Shown in pieces: positions 8,902 through 18,496 of a stretch of DNA of 64,000 bases; the stretch's first letter is position 1; each line of letters begins with the position of its first letter. The notes under the pieces were generated by a model. The model ran no database searches. It was not told the origin of the DNA and saw only the letters and a program-made list of their open reading frames with translations. The stretch is from contig CAVXLD010000001.1 in assembly GCA_963762565.1 (NCBI GenBank), forward strand, positions 224,001-288,000, given 5' to 3'. This stretch comes from an uncultured Verrucomicrobiae bacterium. Lineage in GTDB: Bacteria > Verrucomicrobiota > Verrucomicrobiia > Chthoniobacterales > JAFAMB01. A program made the translations under genes and the position numbers.

Positions 8902-10338
8902 ATGCCAGCCAGCCACGAATATGATGCGGTTGTAGTGGGCGCAGGACCGAACGGCTTGTCTGCAGCTATCCGTATCGCTCAGCACGGCTTTTCCACCTTG
9001 GTCTTAGAACAGAGCACAATTATTGGGGGCGCTTGCCGCACGGAAGAACTCACTCTTCCGGGATTCCGGCACGACGTCGGGTCTGCGGTTCATCCTCTTG
9101 CCCTAGGTTCGCCTTTCTTTTCCTCTCTGCCACTCGAAGAGCACGGTCTGAGTTGGTTGCAACCGACAATTCCACTCGCACATCCGATCGATAAAAACCG
9201 AATCGCCGTTCTTTATCAGTCCCTCGAAAAGACTGCGCTTCTCTTCGGACGCGATGCCGACCACTATACCAGGCTGTTTAGACCACTGGTCGCGAACTGG
9301 CGAAGCCTTCTGCACGAGTTTCTCCAACCAATAATCCATCGCCCGCAGCACCTGTTGCAGATGGCTCAATTTGGCTGCATGGCTCTCCTTTCAGTCGAGC
9401 AACTGGTCCGGAGACGCTTTTCGGAAGAAAAAACCAGAGCTTTATTGGCAGGCTTGGGAGCACATTCTTTTTTATCATTGAGTAGCCCAGGCTCAGCCTC
9501 CTTCGTTTTGGTTCTCGGATTGCTGGCTCACGCAGTCGGTTGGCCGATCCCCAAGGGTGGTGCCGGCTCGATCACTCAAGCTCTGTCGCAATATTTGTCA
9601 TCGCTCGGAGGAAGGATCGAGACCGGTAGGCCGATAAAGAGCTTTCGGGAACTGCCGAAAGCCCGAGCGGTGCTCTATGACCTTACTCCCCGGCAGCTCA
9701 TCCAAATCGAGTCACTGCCGAGCGGTTATCAACGGAAACTCGAACGATTCAAGTATGGACCAGCGGTTTTTAAGATCGACTACGCTCTGGATGGAAACAT
9801 CCCTTGGGTCCATGAGGCGTGCCATAGCGCCGGCACCGTTCATCTGGGAGGCACGTTCGAGGAAGTAGCCTTGGCGGAATCAAAAGTTGCTTCTAGAGGC
9901 TACACCGACCAGCCTTTCCTATTGCTCAGCCAACCGACCTTATTGGATCCAACCAGGGCGCCAGCCGGCAAGCACGTGCTTTGGGCTTACGCTCATGTTC
10001 CCTTTGGCTCAGACCGTGATCTCACCGAGATCATCGAACGACAAATCGACCGCTTTGCACCGGGATTTTCCAAGCACGTCATGGCGCGACACGTTAGTTC
10101 ACCGGCACAGCTGCAGACCATGAACCCGAATTTGGTCGGTGGAACCATAACCGGCGGGGCTAACCATTTGTGGCAATTGATCGCTAGACCGACGCTTAGC
10201 GCCGTCCCCTATCGGACGCCAAAAAAAGGGGTGTATCTTTGCTCTTCATCAACACCGCCTGGTGGCGGCGTTCACGGGATGTGCGGATTCCACGCGGCCA
10301 ATGCGGTTTTACGAGATTTTCATCGGAGTTCGAAGTAA
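8902..10338 (+). CDS. Phytoene-desaturase-like NAD(P)/FAD-dependent oxidoreductase
   Basis: DAVVVGAGPNGL, LPGFRHDVGSAVHP, LCSSSTPPGGGVHGMCG. Confidence 0.88.
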   Translation: MPASHEYDAVVVGAGPNGLSAAIRIAQHGFSTLVLEQSTIIGGACRTEELTLPGFRHDVGSAVHPLALGSPFFSSLPLEEHGLSWLQPTIPLAHPIDKNRIAVLYQSLEKTALLFGRDADHYTRLFRPLVANWRSLLHEFLQPIIHRPQHLLQMAQFGCMALLSVEQLVRRRFSEEKTRALLAGLGAHSFLSLSSPGSASFVLVLGLLAHAVGWPIPKGGAGSITQALSQYLSSLGGRIETGRPIKSFRELPKARAVLYDLTPRQLIQIESLPSGYQRKLERFKYGPAVFKIDYALDGNIPWVHEACHSAGTVHLGGTFEEVALAESKVASRGYTDQPFLLLSQPTLLDPTRAPAGKHVLWAYAHVPFGSDRDLTEIIERQIDRFAPGFSKHVMARHVSSPAQLQTMNPNLVGGTITGGANHLWQLIARPTLSAVPYRTPKKGVYLCSSSTPPGGGVHGMCGFHAANAVLRDFHRSSK

Positions 10339-10339
10339 A

Positions 10340-10468
10340 TGTGGAGCGCTGCCTCGCTTGCGAGGCCGTGGTGAGCAGGGCAAGATGCTGTGTCATACGC
10401 CATTTTTTCGATGCTAGGTGACGTCGCCCTGCTTACCAACGGCCTCGCAAGCGAGGCAGCGCTCCACA
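10340..10468. repeat. Family E REP doublet, copy 1
   Basis: tgtggagcgctgcctcgcttgcgaggccgt ... acggcctcgcaagcgaggcagcgctccaca (perfect 30-bp IR, each arm itself a hairpin). Confidence 0.9.
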
Positions 10469-10488
10469 CGGCGTTCTGGCGCGTTTAC

Positions 10489-10516
10489 TTGACGCAGAAA
10501 CGTTCAGGCAGATACT
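10489..10516 (+). promoter_or_regulatory. Possible sigma70 promoter of the sugar ABC operon
   Basis: TTGACG, 16 nt spacer, GATACT, ~35 nt upstream of ATG 10552. Confidence 0.35.
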
Positions 10517-10551
10517 TACGCCGCTAGTCTCCCTATTTATCCCCCAAAACC

Positions 10552-11817
10552 ATGAAACACGGAACTGTTTCTGTATTACTTCTGTCTGCCTGTCTCGCTT
10601 CGCCTGGCTTTAGCGATACAGTGATTAAAGTCCTGCACATCCAAAAGCTCCCCGCAGTTCGTGCCATCTGGCAAGAAGCAGCGGACCAATATCAGAAGGC
10701 AAATCCCGGAGTTAAAGTGCAATTCGACTACCTTGAAAATGAAGCGTTCAAGGCAAAGTTACCCACTCTATTGCAATCTAAAGACCGGCCCAGTGTCTTT
10801 CATAGCTGGGGCGGTGGAGTGATGGACGAACAAGTCGCCTCCGGCGTCTGCAAAGATATTACTCAAGCGGTCGGGAGCGGCGGATTTAAAGACACATTTT
10901 ATTCGGCCGGTGTCCAGAACTTCACCGTAAACGGAAAGATCTACGGCTTACCAAACGATATTGGACCAGTCGTCTTTTGGTACAACAAAGACCTCTGCCA
11001 GAAAGCCGGCGTTGATCCGACCCAAATTCATTACTGGGATGATTTTATTGCGGCGGTCAAAAAAATCCAGGCGGCCGGAATTACGCCAATCGCTGCCGGT
11101 GGCAAAGACAAATGGCCACTACATTTCTATCCGGCGATTCTGTTAATGCGCATCCTGGGCAAGGAAGGATTGACCGATGTGGCCGCCGGCAAGGATGGCG
11201 GGTTTACTAATCCCGATGCCGTCAAGGCGTTCCAGCTTTATAAGGAACTCGCGGACTTGCAGCCGTTCCAGAAAGGTTTTCAAGCGGCGACTTATCCTGA
11301 TTCGGCCGGTACGTTCCATGATGGGAAAACAGCGTTCCATTTGATGGGCATCTGGGACATCACCGAGGGCCGTTCCGATGCCGCGGACGGTAAAGGGTTA
11401 CCGGATGAAAAACTCGGCTGGTTCAACTTCCCGGAAGTGAAGGGCGGAAAAGGTCACGCCAACGATATCTTTGCCAGCGTCGACGGCTGGCTGGTTACCA
11501 GCGATGCCCCCAAAGAGACTGTTGATTTTATGAAGGTCTGGCTCGGAAAAGATATTCAGACCAAGCTAGCGGCCGCTGGTCTGTTCATTCCGATGGTAAA
11601 AGGAACGGCCGAGGCCATCCAGAACCCTTTCTTCAAAGGGATCGCCACGGAGGTCGCCGAATCCGACTGGATCGAAATCGCGATGGACCAGTTGCTCGGA
11701 CCTGACACCGGGTTGGTCTTCAATGATGAGAGCGCCGCGGTAGCCGCTGGAAGTGCTTCCCCAGCGGACGCTGCCAAAGCGATCGAAAGCGCTTTGGAAC
11801 GGAATAAGCAGCAATAA
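10552..11817 (+). CDS. Carbohydrate ABC transporter substrate-binding protein
   Basis: Signal peptide; LENEAFKAKLPTLLQS, SWGGG, GKIYGLP, FWYNK. Confidence 0.88.
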   Translation: MKHGTVSVLLLSACLASPGFSDTVIKVLHIQKLPAVRAIWQEAADQYQKANPGVKVQFDYLENEAFKAKLPTLLQSKDRPSVFHSWGGGVMDEQVASGVCKDITQAVGSGGFKDTFYSAGVQNFTVNGKIYGLPNDIGPVVFWYNKDLCQKAGVDPTQIHYWDDFIAAVKKIQAAGITPIAAGGKDKWPLHFYPAILLMRILGKEGLTDVAAGKDGGFTNPDAVKAFQLYKELADLQPFQKGFQAATYPDSAGTFHDGKTAFHLMGIWDITEGRSDAADGKGLPDEKLGWFNFPEVKGGKGHANDIFASVDGWLVTSDAPKETVDFMKVWLGKDIQTKLAAAGLFIPMVKGTAEAIQNPFFKGIATEVAESDWIEIAMDQLLGPDTGLVFNDESAAVAAGSASPADAAKAIESALERNKQQ

Positions 11818-11828
11818 TCTGAGCTCTC

Positions 11829-11966
11829 GGTTCTAGGTTCAAAGTTTTAGGTTTTAAGTTCTAAGTTCAGAGTGCTCGAAGGCAGAAATGGGCCTCCGAG
11901 CCTCTGGCTTGCAACTCCCGAAGTAGGACCTAAACCCTACAACCGGTAACTTTAAACCCTGAACTC
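11829..11966. repeat. Inverted heptamer arrays (rgttyta / taraacy type)
   Basis: ggttcta ggttcaa agtttta ggtttta agttcta agttcag ... ctaaacc ctacaac ... ttaaacc ctgaact, ending at the next ATG. Confidence 0.7.
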
Positions 11967-13052
11967 ATGCTGAATATCGGAGTCGTTGGATCCGGATTCA
12001 TTAGTCGAGCTTACCTGAAAGCAGCTCGGGACTTTCCGAATGTGCGAATCATCGCATGCTCGGATGTCAACTTTGCTGCTGCAGAAGAAAAGGCTCGCGA
12101 ATTCCAGATCCAAGCACAATCGGTCGGGGAACTGTTAGGAAACTCAGAAATCGATTTGGTTCTGAACCTGACGGTCCCTCAAAGTCATGGGGCTGTTTCC
12201 CTTCAGGCAATTGAGGCAGGGAAACATGTCTATTCGGAAAAACCCTTGGCTCTTTCGATAAAAGAAGCCACTCAACTGCTCTCCGCTGCCGGGGTTCGCG
12301 GCAAGCGGGTCGGTGTTGCGCCGGATACCTTTCTTGGTGGCGGCCAACAAACCGTCCGCGGATTGATTGACGGCGGCGCCATAGGAAAACCGATCGGCGG
12401 GGCTGCGTTCATCCTGCTCCCCGGCCACGAAATTTGGCATCCTAACCCGGACTTTTTCTATCAGGCGGGCGGCGGCCCGGTCCTCGATATGGGACCGTAC
12501 TATTTGACCGCCCTAGTGCATTTGCTCGGCCCAATCAAACGAGTGACATCGATTGGCAGCCGAACATTTGATGAGCGAGAAATTCAATCTGGACCACGAA
12601 AAGGAGAACGGATCCCAGTCACGATTTTGACCCATTTTAACGCCCTTCTGGAATTCCAGGAAGGACCGGTGGTCAGCTTTCACGCGAGTTTCGATGTGAA
12701 AGAGCATACACATTGGCCAATCGAGATCTATGGCACCGAGGGCACGCTCCAAGTACCCGATCCCAATACTTTCGGCGGACCTGTCCGACTATTGAAGGTT
12801 CGAAAGTCCGTCACTGAAGTCCCGCTCACACACGGTTTCTCTGATCGCAATTATCGAATTCTTGGTGTAGCCGAGATGGGGAACGCCATTGAAAAGGGTA
12901 GGCCTCATCGAGCCTCTGCTGAGCTTGGGTATCACGTCCTCGAGGTCATGGAGGCAATCGTTCAAGACGGTGGAAAAGGAACGCAGATCGCTTCACATTG
13001 CGACAGGCCGGCGCCTTTGCCATCACAGCCACGTTTAGGAATATTGGAATGA
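11967..13052 (+). CDS. Gfo/Idh/MocA family oxidoreductase
   Basis: IGVVGSGFIS, AGKHVYSEKP, APDTFLG, DMGPYY. Confidence 0.9.
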   Translation: MLNIGVVGSGFISRAYLKAARDFPNVRIIACSDVNFAAAEEKAREFQIQAQSVGELLGNSEIDLVLNLTVPQSHGAVSLQAIEAGKHVYSEKPLALSIKEATQLLSAAGVRGKRVGVAPDTFLGGGQQTVRGLIDGGAIGKPIGGAAFILLPGHEIWHPNPDFFYQAGGGPVLDMGPYYLTALVHLLGPIKRVTSIGSRTFDEREIQSGPRKGERIPVTILTHFNALLEFQEGPVVSFHASFDVKEHTHWPIEIYGTEGTLQVPDPNTFGGPVRLLKVRKSVTEVPLTHGFSDRNYRILGVAEMGNAIEKGRPHRASAELGYHVLEVMEAIVQDGGKGTQIASHCDRPAPLPSQPRLGILE

Positions 13053-13101
13053 CCATGGAAGACATCCCCCAACCTGCCTTTGGCCGACGCAATTCGGACC
13101 C

Positions 13102-13307
13102 GGAGGGGAGCCGCTTTATCGTTAGGCAGCTCTGTAATTCGGCAGCAAGCGGCTCCCGAGAACGGCCCCGGATGATGCAGGTCTATTGGGCAGCCATATC
13201 GACCAGCTTGGAACAGAGCCGCTGGGCAAATATTTACGCTGGGTTATTCCCGGGAGCCGCCTGCTGCCAACTGATAGGACTGCCACACTACAAAGCGGCT
13301 CCCCTCC
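13102..13307. repeat. Family C REPIN-like doublet, copy 2
   Basis: Same four conserved blocks as 3974-4177. Confidence 0.9.
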
Positions 13308-13353
13308 AGGCGCTGGGCATGCGACGCCGTGTTCTTAGAAGCACGAAGCGCAC

Positions 13354-13995
13354 ATGAGATCAGCACTCATTCTCTGGGGCGGTTGGGACGGTCACGAGCC
13401 GGAGCGGTGCGCGGAAATCGTTCAAGGGATGCTGACCGATGACGGGTTTCAGGTGAGCAAGGAGGCCGACCTGCAAGTCTTGGTTGAGGCAAACCCAGGC
13501 AGGTTCAACTTGATCGTACCGATCATTTCGATGGGATCGATCACAGATGCTCAGTGTAAAGCTCTGACCTCAGCCGTGGAAGCAGGAACGGGCCTGGCTG
13601 GCTTTCACGGCGGTATGGGCGATAGCTTCCGTAACCATACCCACTATCAATTCATGACTGGCGGTCAGTTTGTTGCGCATCCCGGCAACATCATCAATTA
13701 CCGGGTGAATATTGTGGATCATTCCGATCCAATCACAGCCGGCCTGGATGATTTCGATTACCGTTCAGAGCAATATTACATGCATGTGGATCCGAATAAT
13801 CACGTGCTCGCTACCACTACTTTTTCTGGCGAACACGCTTTCTGGGTTGCAGGGGCGACAATACCAGTGGTCTGGAAACGACAGCACGGGCATGGAAAAG
13901 TGTTTTTCAGTTCATTAGGCCACGCAGCGTCTGAGTTTGCCGTGAAAGAGATGAGAACAATCTTGCAACGCGGGATGGTTTGGGCAGCCAGGTGA
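13354..13995 (+). CDS. ThuA-like domain protein
   Basis: WGGWDGHEP, GLAGFHGG, GGQFVAHPG, SEQYYMH, FFSSLGH. Confidence 0.85.
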   Translation: MRSALILWGGWDGHEPERCAEIVQGMLTDDGFQVSKEADLQVLVEANPGRFNLIVPIISMGSITDAQCKALTSAVEAGTGLAGFHGGMGDSFRNHTHYQFMTGGQFVAHPGNIINYRVNIVDHSDPITAGLDDFDYRSEQYYMHVDPNNHVLATTTFSGEHAFWVAGATIPVVWKRQHGHGKVFFSSLGHAASEFAVKEMRTILQRGMVWAAR

Positions 13996-14057
13996 AGCCT
14001 ATGGACTTGTCCATCGAAGGCGGTCGAACAGCTCCTAGGCACTCGCTGAACTCAACG

Positions 14058-14184
14058 CCGGGAGGGATTCGCGTCCTCGCGATCCGACGCGATCGAAGCC
14101 CTGCGCGGCTGGCGGACGAGGGGTTGAATGTATCTTTAGTTCTTGGAACGTCTTTACGGCGCGCGGGGACGCGCGCCCTCCCGG
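14058..14184. repeat. Family M REP doublet, copy 1
   Basis: ccgggagggattcgcgtcctcgcgatccg ... cggcgcgcggggacgcgcgccctcccgg; related copy at 47536-47694. Confidence 0.75.
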
Positions 14185-14266
14185 GCGGCGGAGCCCTTCT
14201 CTCGCCGCGAGATGTATACGCAAGCGAGCGAGTGCGAGATCCCGGTTCACATTGCTCAAAGATCCT

Positions 14267-15229
14267 ATGCCGCCCAACCAAACGTTGATAGCGGAAGCTC
14301 CGGCGAAAAAAACGCCTGTCCCGAAAAGCTCTTTGCCTTCCGGGCTGCGCGCCGCCTATCGCAGCGGTATTCTGACGACGCTGCTTTTGTTTTTGCCTCC
14401 GGCGCTCGTGCTCTTCAGCATGTTCGTTATCCTGCCGGTCGGCGAAGCCAGCTATTTCAGCTTTTTTAACTGGAACGGGTACGGCCATCCCAATAAGTGG
14501 ATCGATTTCGTAAATTATTTTCGCGTCCTGCGCGACCCGGTTTTTCTGCAGTCACTGGGAAATAATGGTCTGGTCATCCTAGTCTCAGCTTTTATTCAGG
14601 TGCCGCTGGCGCTCTGGGTAGCCCTTCTGATCTCCGATCGAAGCCGGTCCAGCATCGTGTTTCGGGCGATCTTTTTCGTTCCTTACATACTGGCTGACGT
14701 CGTGGCCGGTCTGATTTGGCGTTATCTCTACGACGGTGATTATGGAATTGTCGGCACGATCTTTCGTTGGTTTGGGCGTGATGCCCCCGATGTCCTGGCA
14801 GAGACCGGGTGGGCGACAGCGGCGCTATTATTAGTCGTGGTCTGGAAATATTTCGGATTTCACATGGCGCTGTTCATTGCTGGACGCCAAAACGTCCCCA
14901 ACGACGTACTCGAGTCGGCGCGAATCGACGGCGCCAGCCGTTGGAACATTACCCGTTTCATAGTTCTTCCGCTGATGCGGCCAGTCATTGTTCTTTCTCT
15001 GTTTTTTAGCTTGCTCGGGTCTCTACAACTCTTTGACCTCATTATCGCGCTGACTGGTGGAGGTCCGCTCAATTCAACCCACTCGGCGGTCTCTTACCTC
15101 TACACGTTTGGAATCAGGCGGATGCAAGTCGGTTTTGGCAGTGCGGTCGGAGTTATCCTTTTTATTATCTGCGTTCTGGTCATGATTTTCTATAAGCGCA
15201 TCTTTATGCGGGAGTCTGCCTCCAAATGA
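14267..15229 (+). CDS. Carbohydrate ABC transporter permease
   Basis: WKYFGFHM, ESARIDGA (EAA loop), LTGGGP; start uncertain (14252 or 14267). Confidence 0.88.
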   Translation: MPPNQTLIAEAPAKKTPVPKSSLPSGLRAAYRSGILTTLLLFLPPALVLFSMFVILPVGEASYFSFFNWNGYGHPNKWIDFVNYFRVLRDPVFLQSLGNNGLVILVSAFIQVPLALWVALLISDRSRSSIVFRAIFFVPYILADVVAGLIWRYLYDGDYGIVGTIFRWFGRDAPDVLAETGWATAALLLVVVWKYFGFHMALFIAGRQNVPNDVLESARIDGASRWNITRFIVLPLMRPVIVLSLFFSLLGSLQLFDLIIALTGGGPLNSTHSAVSYLYTFGIRRMQVGFGSAVGVILFIICVLVMIFYKRIFMRESASK

Positions 15230-16047
15230 AATCCCTCTTCAGTTACTATCGATGGTTGGTCTTGCTTCTGGTAGCGAGTTTTTGCCTGGTTCCATTGTGG
15301 GCAACCGTCGTGGGTGGGTTTAAGTCGACGGGTGACCTCCGTACGAATGCTCTCGGCTTGCCCCGGCAGTGGCTGGTAGACAATTATATTTCCATCGTCT
15401 CGACTCCGCGGTTTTGGCAGATGCTTTGGAATTCGGCTGTGATCGCCTTTTTCACGGTCGTACTAACATTGATAGTCAGTTCACTAGCTGCATATACTCT
15501 AGCTCATTTGCGCTTCGCTGGGCGCAAATGGATCGCCAACTACCTGACCCTGGGACTGACTTTCCCGTTCGCCACTGCAGTCTTGCCAGTATTTATTCGG
15601 GTTCGCGATCTCGGCCTGCTCGACACCTACTGGGGCGTCATCCTCCCCCAAGTCGCCTTTAACTTAAGCTTTAGCATCGTGTTGCTGCGCGGTTTCTTCT
15701 CAGAGTTACCAAAGGAATTGTTTGAAGCTGCGATCATGGATGGTTGCAGTTATCCACGAATCTTTTTGCGCATTACCCTGCCGCTCTCTCGCCCGATCCT
15801 GGCCACTGTCGGCGTTCTGGCTCTGGTCGGAAGCTGGAACAACTTCCTTTTGCCATTGGTTACCATCAATGACGACTCCGTTTATCCATGGCCTTTAGGA
15901 ATCATGCAGTTTCAAGGTCAATACAGCACCGACTGGGGGAAGGTGCTGGCTTTCGTAACCCTCACCATGCTTCCCGCTATCACGCTGTATCTGATGGCCC
16001 AGAAACAGGTCATTGCCGGCCTTACTTCGGGAGCCGTTAAGGGTTAG
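15226..16047 (+). CDS. Carbohydrate ABC transporter permease
   Basis: LPKELFEAAIMDG, SWNNFLLPL, GLTSGAVKG; ATGA overlap with the upstream permease. Confidence 0.9.
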   Translation: MKSLFSYYRWLVLLLVASFCLVPLWATVVGGFKSTGDLRTNALGLPRQWLVDNYISIVSTPRFWQMLWNSAVIAFFTVVLTLIVSSLAAYTLAHLRFAGRKWIANYLTLGLTFPFATAVLPVFIRVRDLGLLDTYWGVILPQVAFNLSFSIVLLRGFFSELPKELFEAAIMDGCSYPRIFLRITLPLSRPILATVGVLALVGSWNNFLLPLVTINDDSVYPWPLGIMQFQGQYSTDWGKVLAFVTLTMLPAITLYLMAQKQVIAGLTSGAVKG

Positions 16048-16180
16048 CGTTTGGCGTTTGGCGTTCGGCGTTGGCAGTTGGTAGCGCTCGAGCTCAGTAA
16101 GCGGTTTTCTTCTACATAGCGCTCATTATTTTGGGACGACCACGGCCGCCTTTCACCTTTCACTTCTCACTGATCACTAA
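16046..16180. repeat. Heptamer tandems (ggcgttt/ggcgttc, then tcacttc-type)
   Basis: agcgtttggcgtttggcgttcggcgttgg directly after the stop; ttcacctttcacttctcactgatcact at ~16152-16178. Confidence 0.65.
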
Positions 16181-16218
16181 CCTTGAGCATTGGACACAAA
16201 CCATTCACACTCCTACCC

Positions 16219-16581
16219 ATGGCCGAGCTCACAACCTATCTCTTCCCTGCTGTCCAAGGATTGTTTTGCCTGATCGTAGCCGTGGTATGGCTGATCGGGT
16301 TTATTCGTCAGCGAAACATCGGTTTTTTGCTATTGACCCTGGCGACGCTTGCCGAAGGTGTAACCAGTCCAATCCGGCAGGTGCTAATCAATTACGTGAT
16401 CTTTCATGAGTCTCATCTCTCCGCTGCAGAACGGTCGACCGCCCTTGCAACGATTTCCTACACGATTCTTGGTTTTTACATCGTGTTTTGGCTGGTTACC
16501 GCCCTCGGCGCGACGTTGGTGGTGTTCCATCGATCAAAACATCAGATAGCTCCCGGACCAATTCCTCCCGTGTCTGGTTAG
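16219..16581 (+). CDS. Hypothetical small membrane protein (about 3 TM)
   Basis: Three hydrophobic stretches; ATG 16219. Confidence 0.55.
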   Translation: MAELTTYLFPAVQGLFCLIVAVVWLIGFIRQRNIGFLLLTLATLAEGVTSPIRQVLINYVIFHESHLSAAERSTALATISYTILGFYIVFWLVTALGATLVVFHRSKHQIAPGPIPPVSG

Positions 16582-16602
16582 ATCGATCGCACATAAATAG
16601 CG

Positions 16603-16634
16603 TTGGCGGTTTCGCACCGCTGCGAAACCGCCAA
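16603..16634. terminator. Hairpin between convergent genes, probable terminator
   Basis: ttggcggtttcgca-ccgc-tgcgaaaccgccaa, 14-bp perfect stem; no clear U-tract. Confidence 0.55.
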
Positions 16635-16675
16635 GTCGGCTACTCCTGAAAAACTGGAGTCAGGTTAAAGGGTTC

Positions 16676-17182
16676 TTATTTGCGCTCAACCTTGACCTTG
16701 CGGCCGGTTTGATGGTCGAGATAGATCTCCTTGTTTCCCTTTTTCTCGATCAGTTCATACCGGCTTGGGGCCTGTTGAACTTCCTGCGTGGTAACCACCG
16801 CATCGTCGCCAGTTGATTCTACCACCGTGCCTGGCCGCTCAGTGACCACCGTGTTAGGCCGCTCGGTGGTGGTTGTCGTGGTAGTCTCCCGCACGCCGCC
16901 CGCTGGGGCTTGCAGAATGGAGCCAGTCGGTGACACGTAAATCACTTGCTGACCCGAGTCACCCATGTACGTCACGGCATACTCTCCTCCGGTGTCCTGG
17001 ACCACGCGTACTACTTTCGTCGGAGACGCAATTCTTGTTTCTCTAATCACCGACGATTGGACAACTTGGGGCAGGGTTGTGAATTGAAGCACCTCGTCAG
17101 CTTTCGCGATCCCAACGAGTGATACACCTACTCCGGCAACGGCGATAAGACGTGTTACGTTTGTCATTAATTGATCTTTCAT
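16676..17182 (-). CDS. Hypothetical secreted protein (paralogue of 17308-18225)
   Basis: Signal peptide ending AKA; QFTTLPQVV and RYE...IYLDHQT blocks shared with its neighbour. Confidence 0.7.
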   Translation of the reverse strand: MKDQLMTNVTRLIAVAGVGVSLVGIAKADEVLQFTTLPQVVQSSVIRETRIASPTKVVRVVQDTGGEYAVTYMGDSGQQVIYVSPTGSILQAPAGGVRETTTTTTTERPNTVVTERPGTVVESTGDDAVVTTQEVQQAPSRYELIEKKGNKEIYLDHQTGRKVKVERK

Positions 17183-17307
17183 TTTTGCAGTTGGCGTCTC
17201 GCGCCAATCTGGTGACGCGAGACTAGCCTTTACTCTTTCTATTTCGCAGACGGGACAGTTCTTGGATCTATCTCCAGGCCATCACTGCTGCTGGTTTTTA
17301 GATTCGA

Positions 17308-18225
17308 CTAAGAACCCGGCGAGGGTTTCGCTTTGCTCTTGGATTTGTCCTGAGACTGGGATTTCTCCTGAGACTGTTGTTGTTCGCCAGGAGTCCGGCT
17401 TGTTTGATGCTGCTCCTTGTCGCCCTGGTTCTCCTTCATGTTGCGCTGATCCGCATTCTTTTCATCGGTCCGCGGATTTCCTGAGGTGTCACGAGTTTTC
17501 TGCTCTTGACCATTGCCAACGCGCTCTTGGTTCCCTTGATCCTTTTGTTCTCCCCGACTCACATTATGCTGAGTCTTCTGCTCCTCCCTCATATTCTTGT
17601 TGGCTTCCTTGGCATTGCCTTCGTCGGTTTTTTCGCGCATAGCGCCCGACTGCTGATCTTTGTCTTCAGTACGAACGCTACCCTTGTTCTCTTGGTCCGT
17701 TCGGACATTGGTTTTATCCGTCTCGTTCGTTCGGATATTCGTTTTGTTTTCTTCCGTAGTCCGACCGCCGCCCCGCGAAACTTCACTAGCGCCACCTTTG
17801 ACGATCACTCTCTTGTTGGTCTGATGATCGATATAGATCGCGTCTGGTCCCTGGTCTTGCACGAACTCGTAACGTTCACCCCCGCTCCGGATCTCATCCA
17901 TTGTGATCGTCACTTCCGACGATCCCTGTCCGCCTTGTTCGATCACCGTGCTCGGCCGCTCGACGATGGTTCCATCCGCGTTGACGTAGACGATCTGGTC
18001 TCCGCTATCCGTCAAAACCGTGATTTCGTAGATATTGTCCGGCTCTTCCACAACGCGGACAACCTTCTCCGGGCTTACGATATTGTAATGATGAAAAACA
18101 GTTGTCCGAACTACCTGTGGCAAGGTGGTGAATTGGATCTCTTTTTTAACCTCTTTTGCTTCCGTGGCCGCACACAGACAGAGACCGAGTGCACAGGCCG
18201 CGATAATATACTTTGTTCTATTCAT
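17308..18225 (-). CDS. Hypothetical secreted protein with long hydrophilic, repetitive C-terminus
   Basis: Signal MNRTKYIIAACALGLCLCAATEA; QFTTLPQVV, SPEKVVRVV, IYIDHQT; K/Q/E/T-rich tail with ~10-aa RT.E.NK repeats. Confidence 0.72.
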   Translation of the reverse strand: MNRTKYIIAACALGLCLCAATEAKEVKKEIQFTTLPQVVRTTVFHHYNIVSPEKVVRVVEEPDNIYEITVLTDSGDQIVYVNADGTIVERPSTVIEQGGQGSSEVTITMDEIRSGGERYEFVQDQGPDAIYIDHQTNKRVIVKGGASEVSRGGGRTTEENKTNIRTNETDKTNVRTDQENKGSVRTEDKDQQSGAMREKTDEGNAKEANKNMREEQKTQHNVSRGEQKDQGNQERVGNGQEQKTRDTSGNPRTDEKNADQRNMKENQGDKEQHQTSRTPGEQQQSQEKSQSQDKSKSKAKPSPGS

Positions 18226-18496
18226 TGGCTTTCTCTTTGATTTACTTCTCTCCCGCCGTACCGGACTCCGAGCCGGGACAGTGACTCCCCTGTAGTAGGT
18301 ATCGCGGTCCCGTCGCCGGGCGGATCTGTAAGATTGCTTTTACGAGAAGCGAAAAGATTCGCTGATCGAGGTAGAACGCGATGCGGATGCTTGTTTACTC
18401 GCGTGGCAACGACTAGACCGCCGGGTCAACTCGCTGCAATTTACTGACAAGAGAATTAACTACAGGATGCTTCCCGACTACCTCGAGAATCAATGC

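Noticed and set aside
17506..18240. 244-aa hydrophobic ORF on the + strand
   Set aside because: Antisense shadow of the K/E/Q-rich protein on the minus strand
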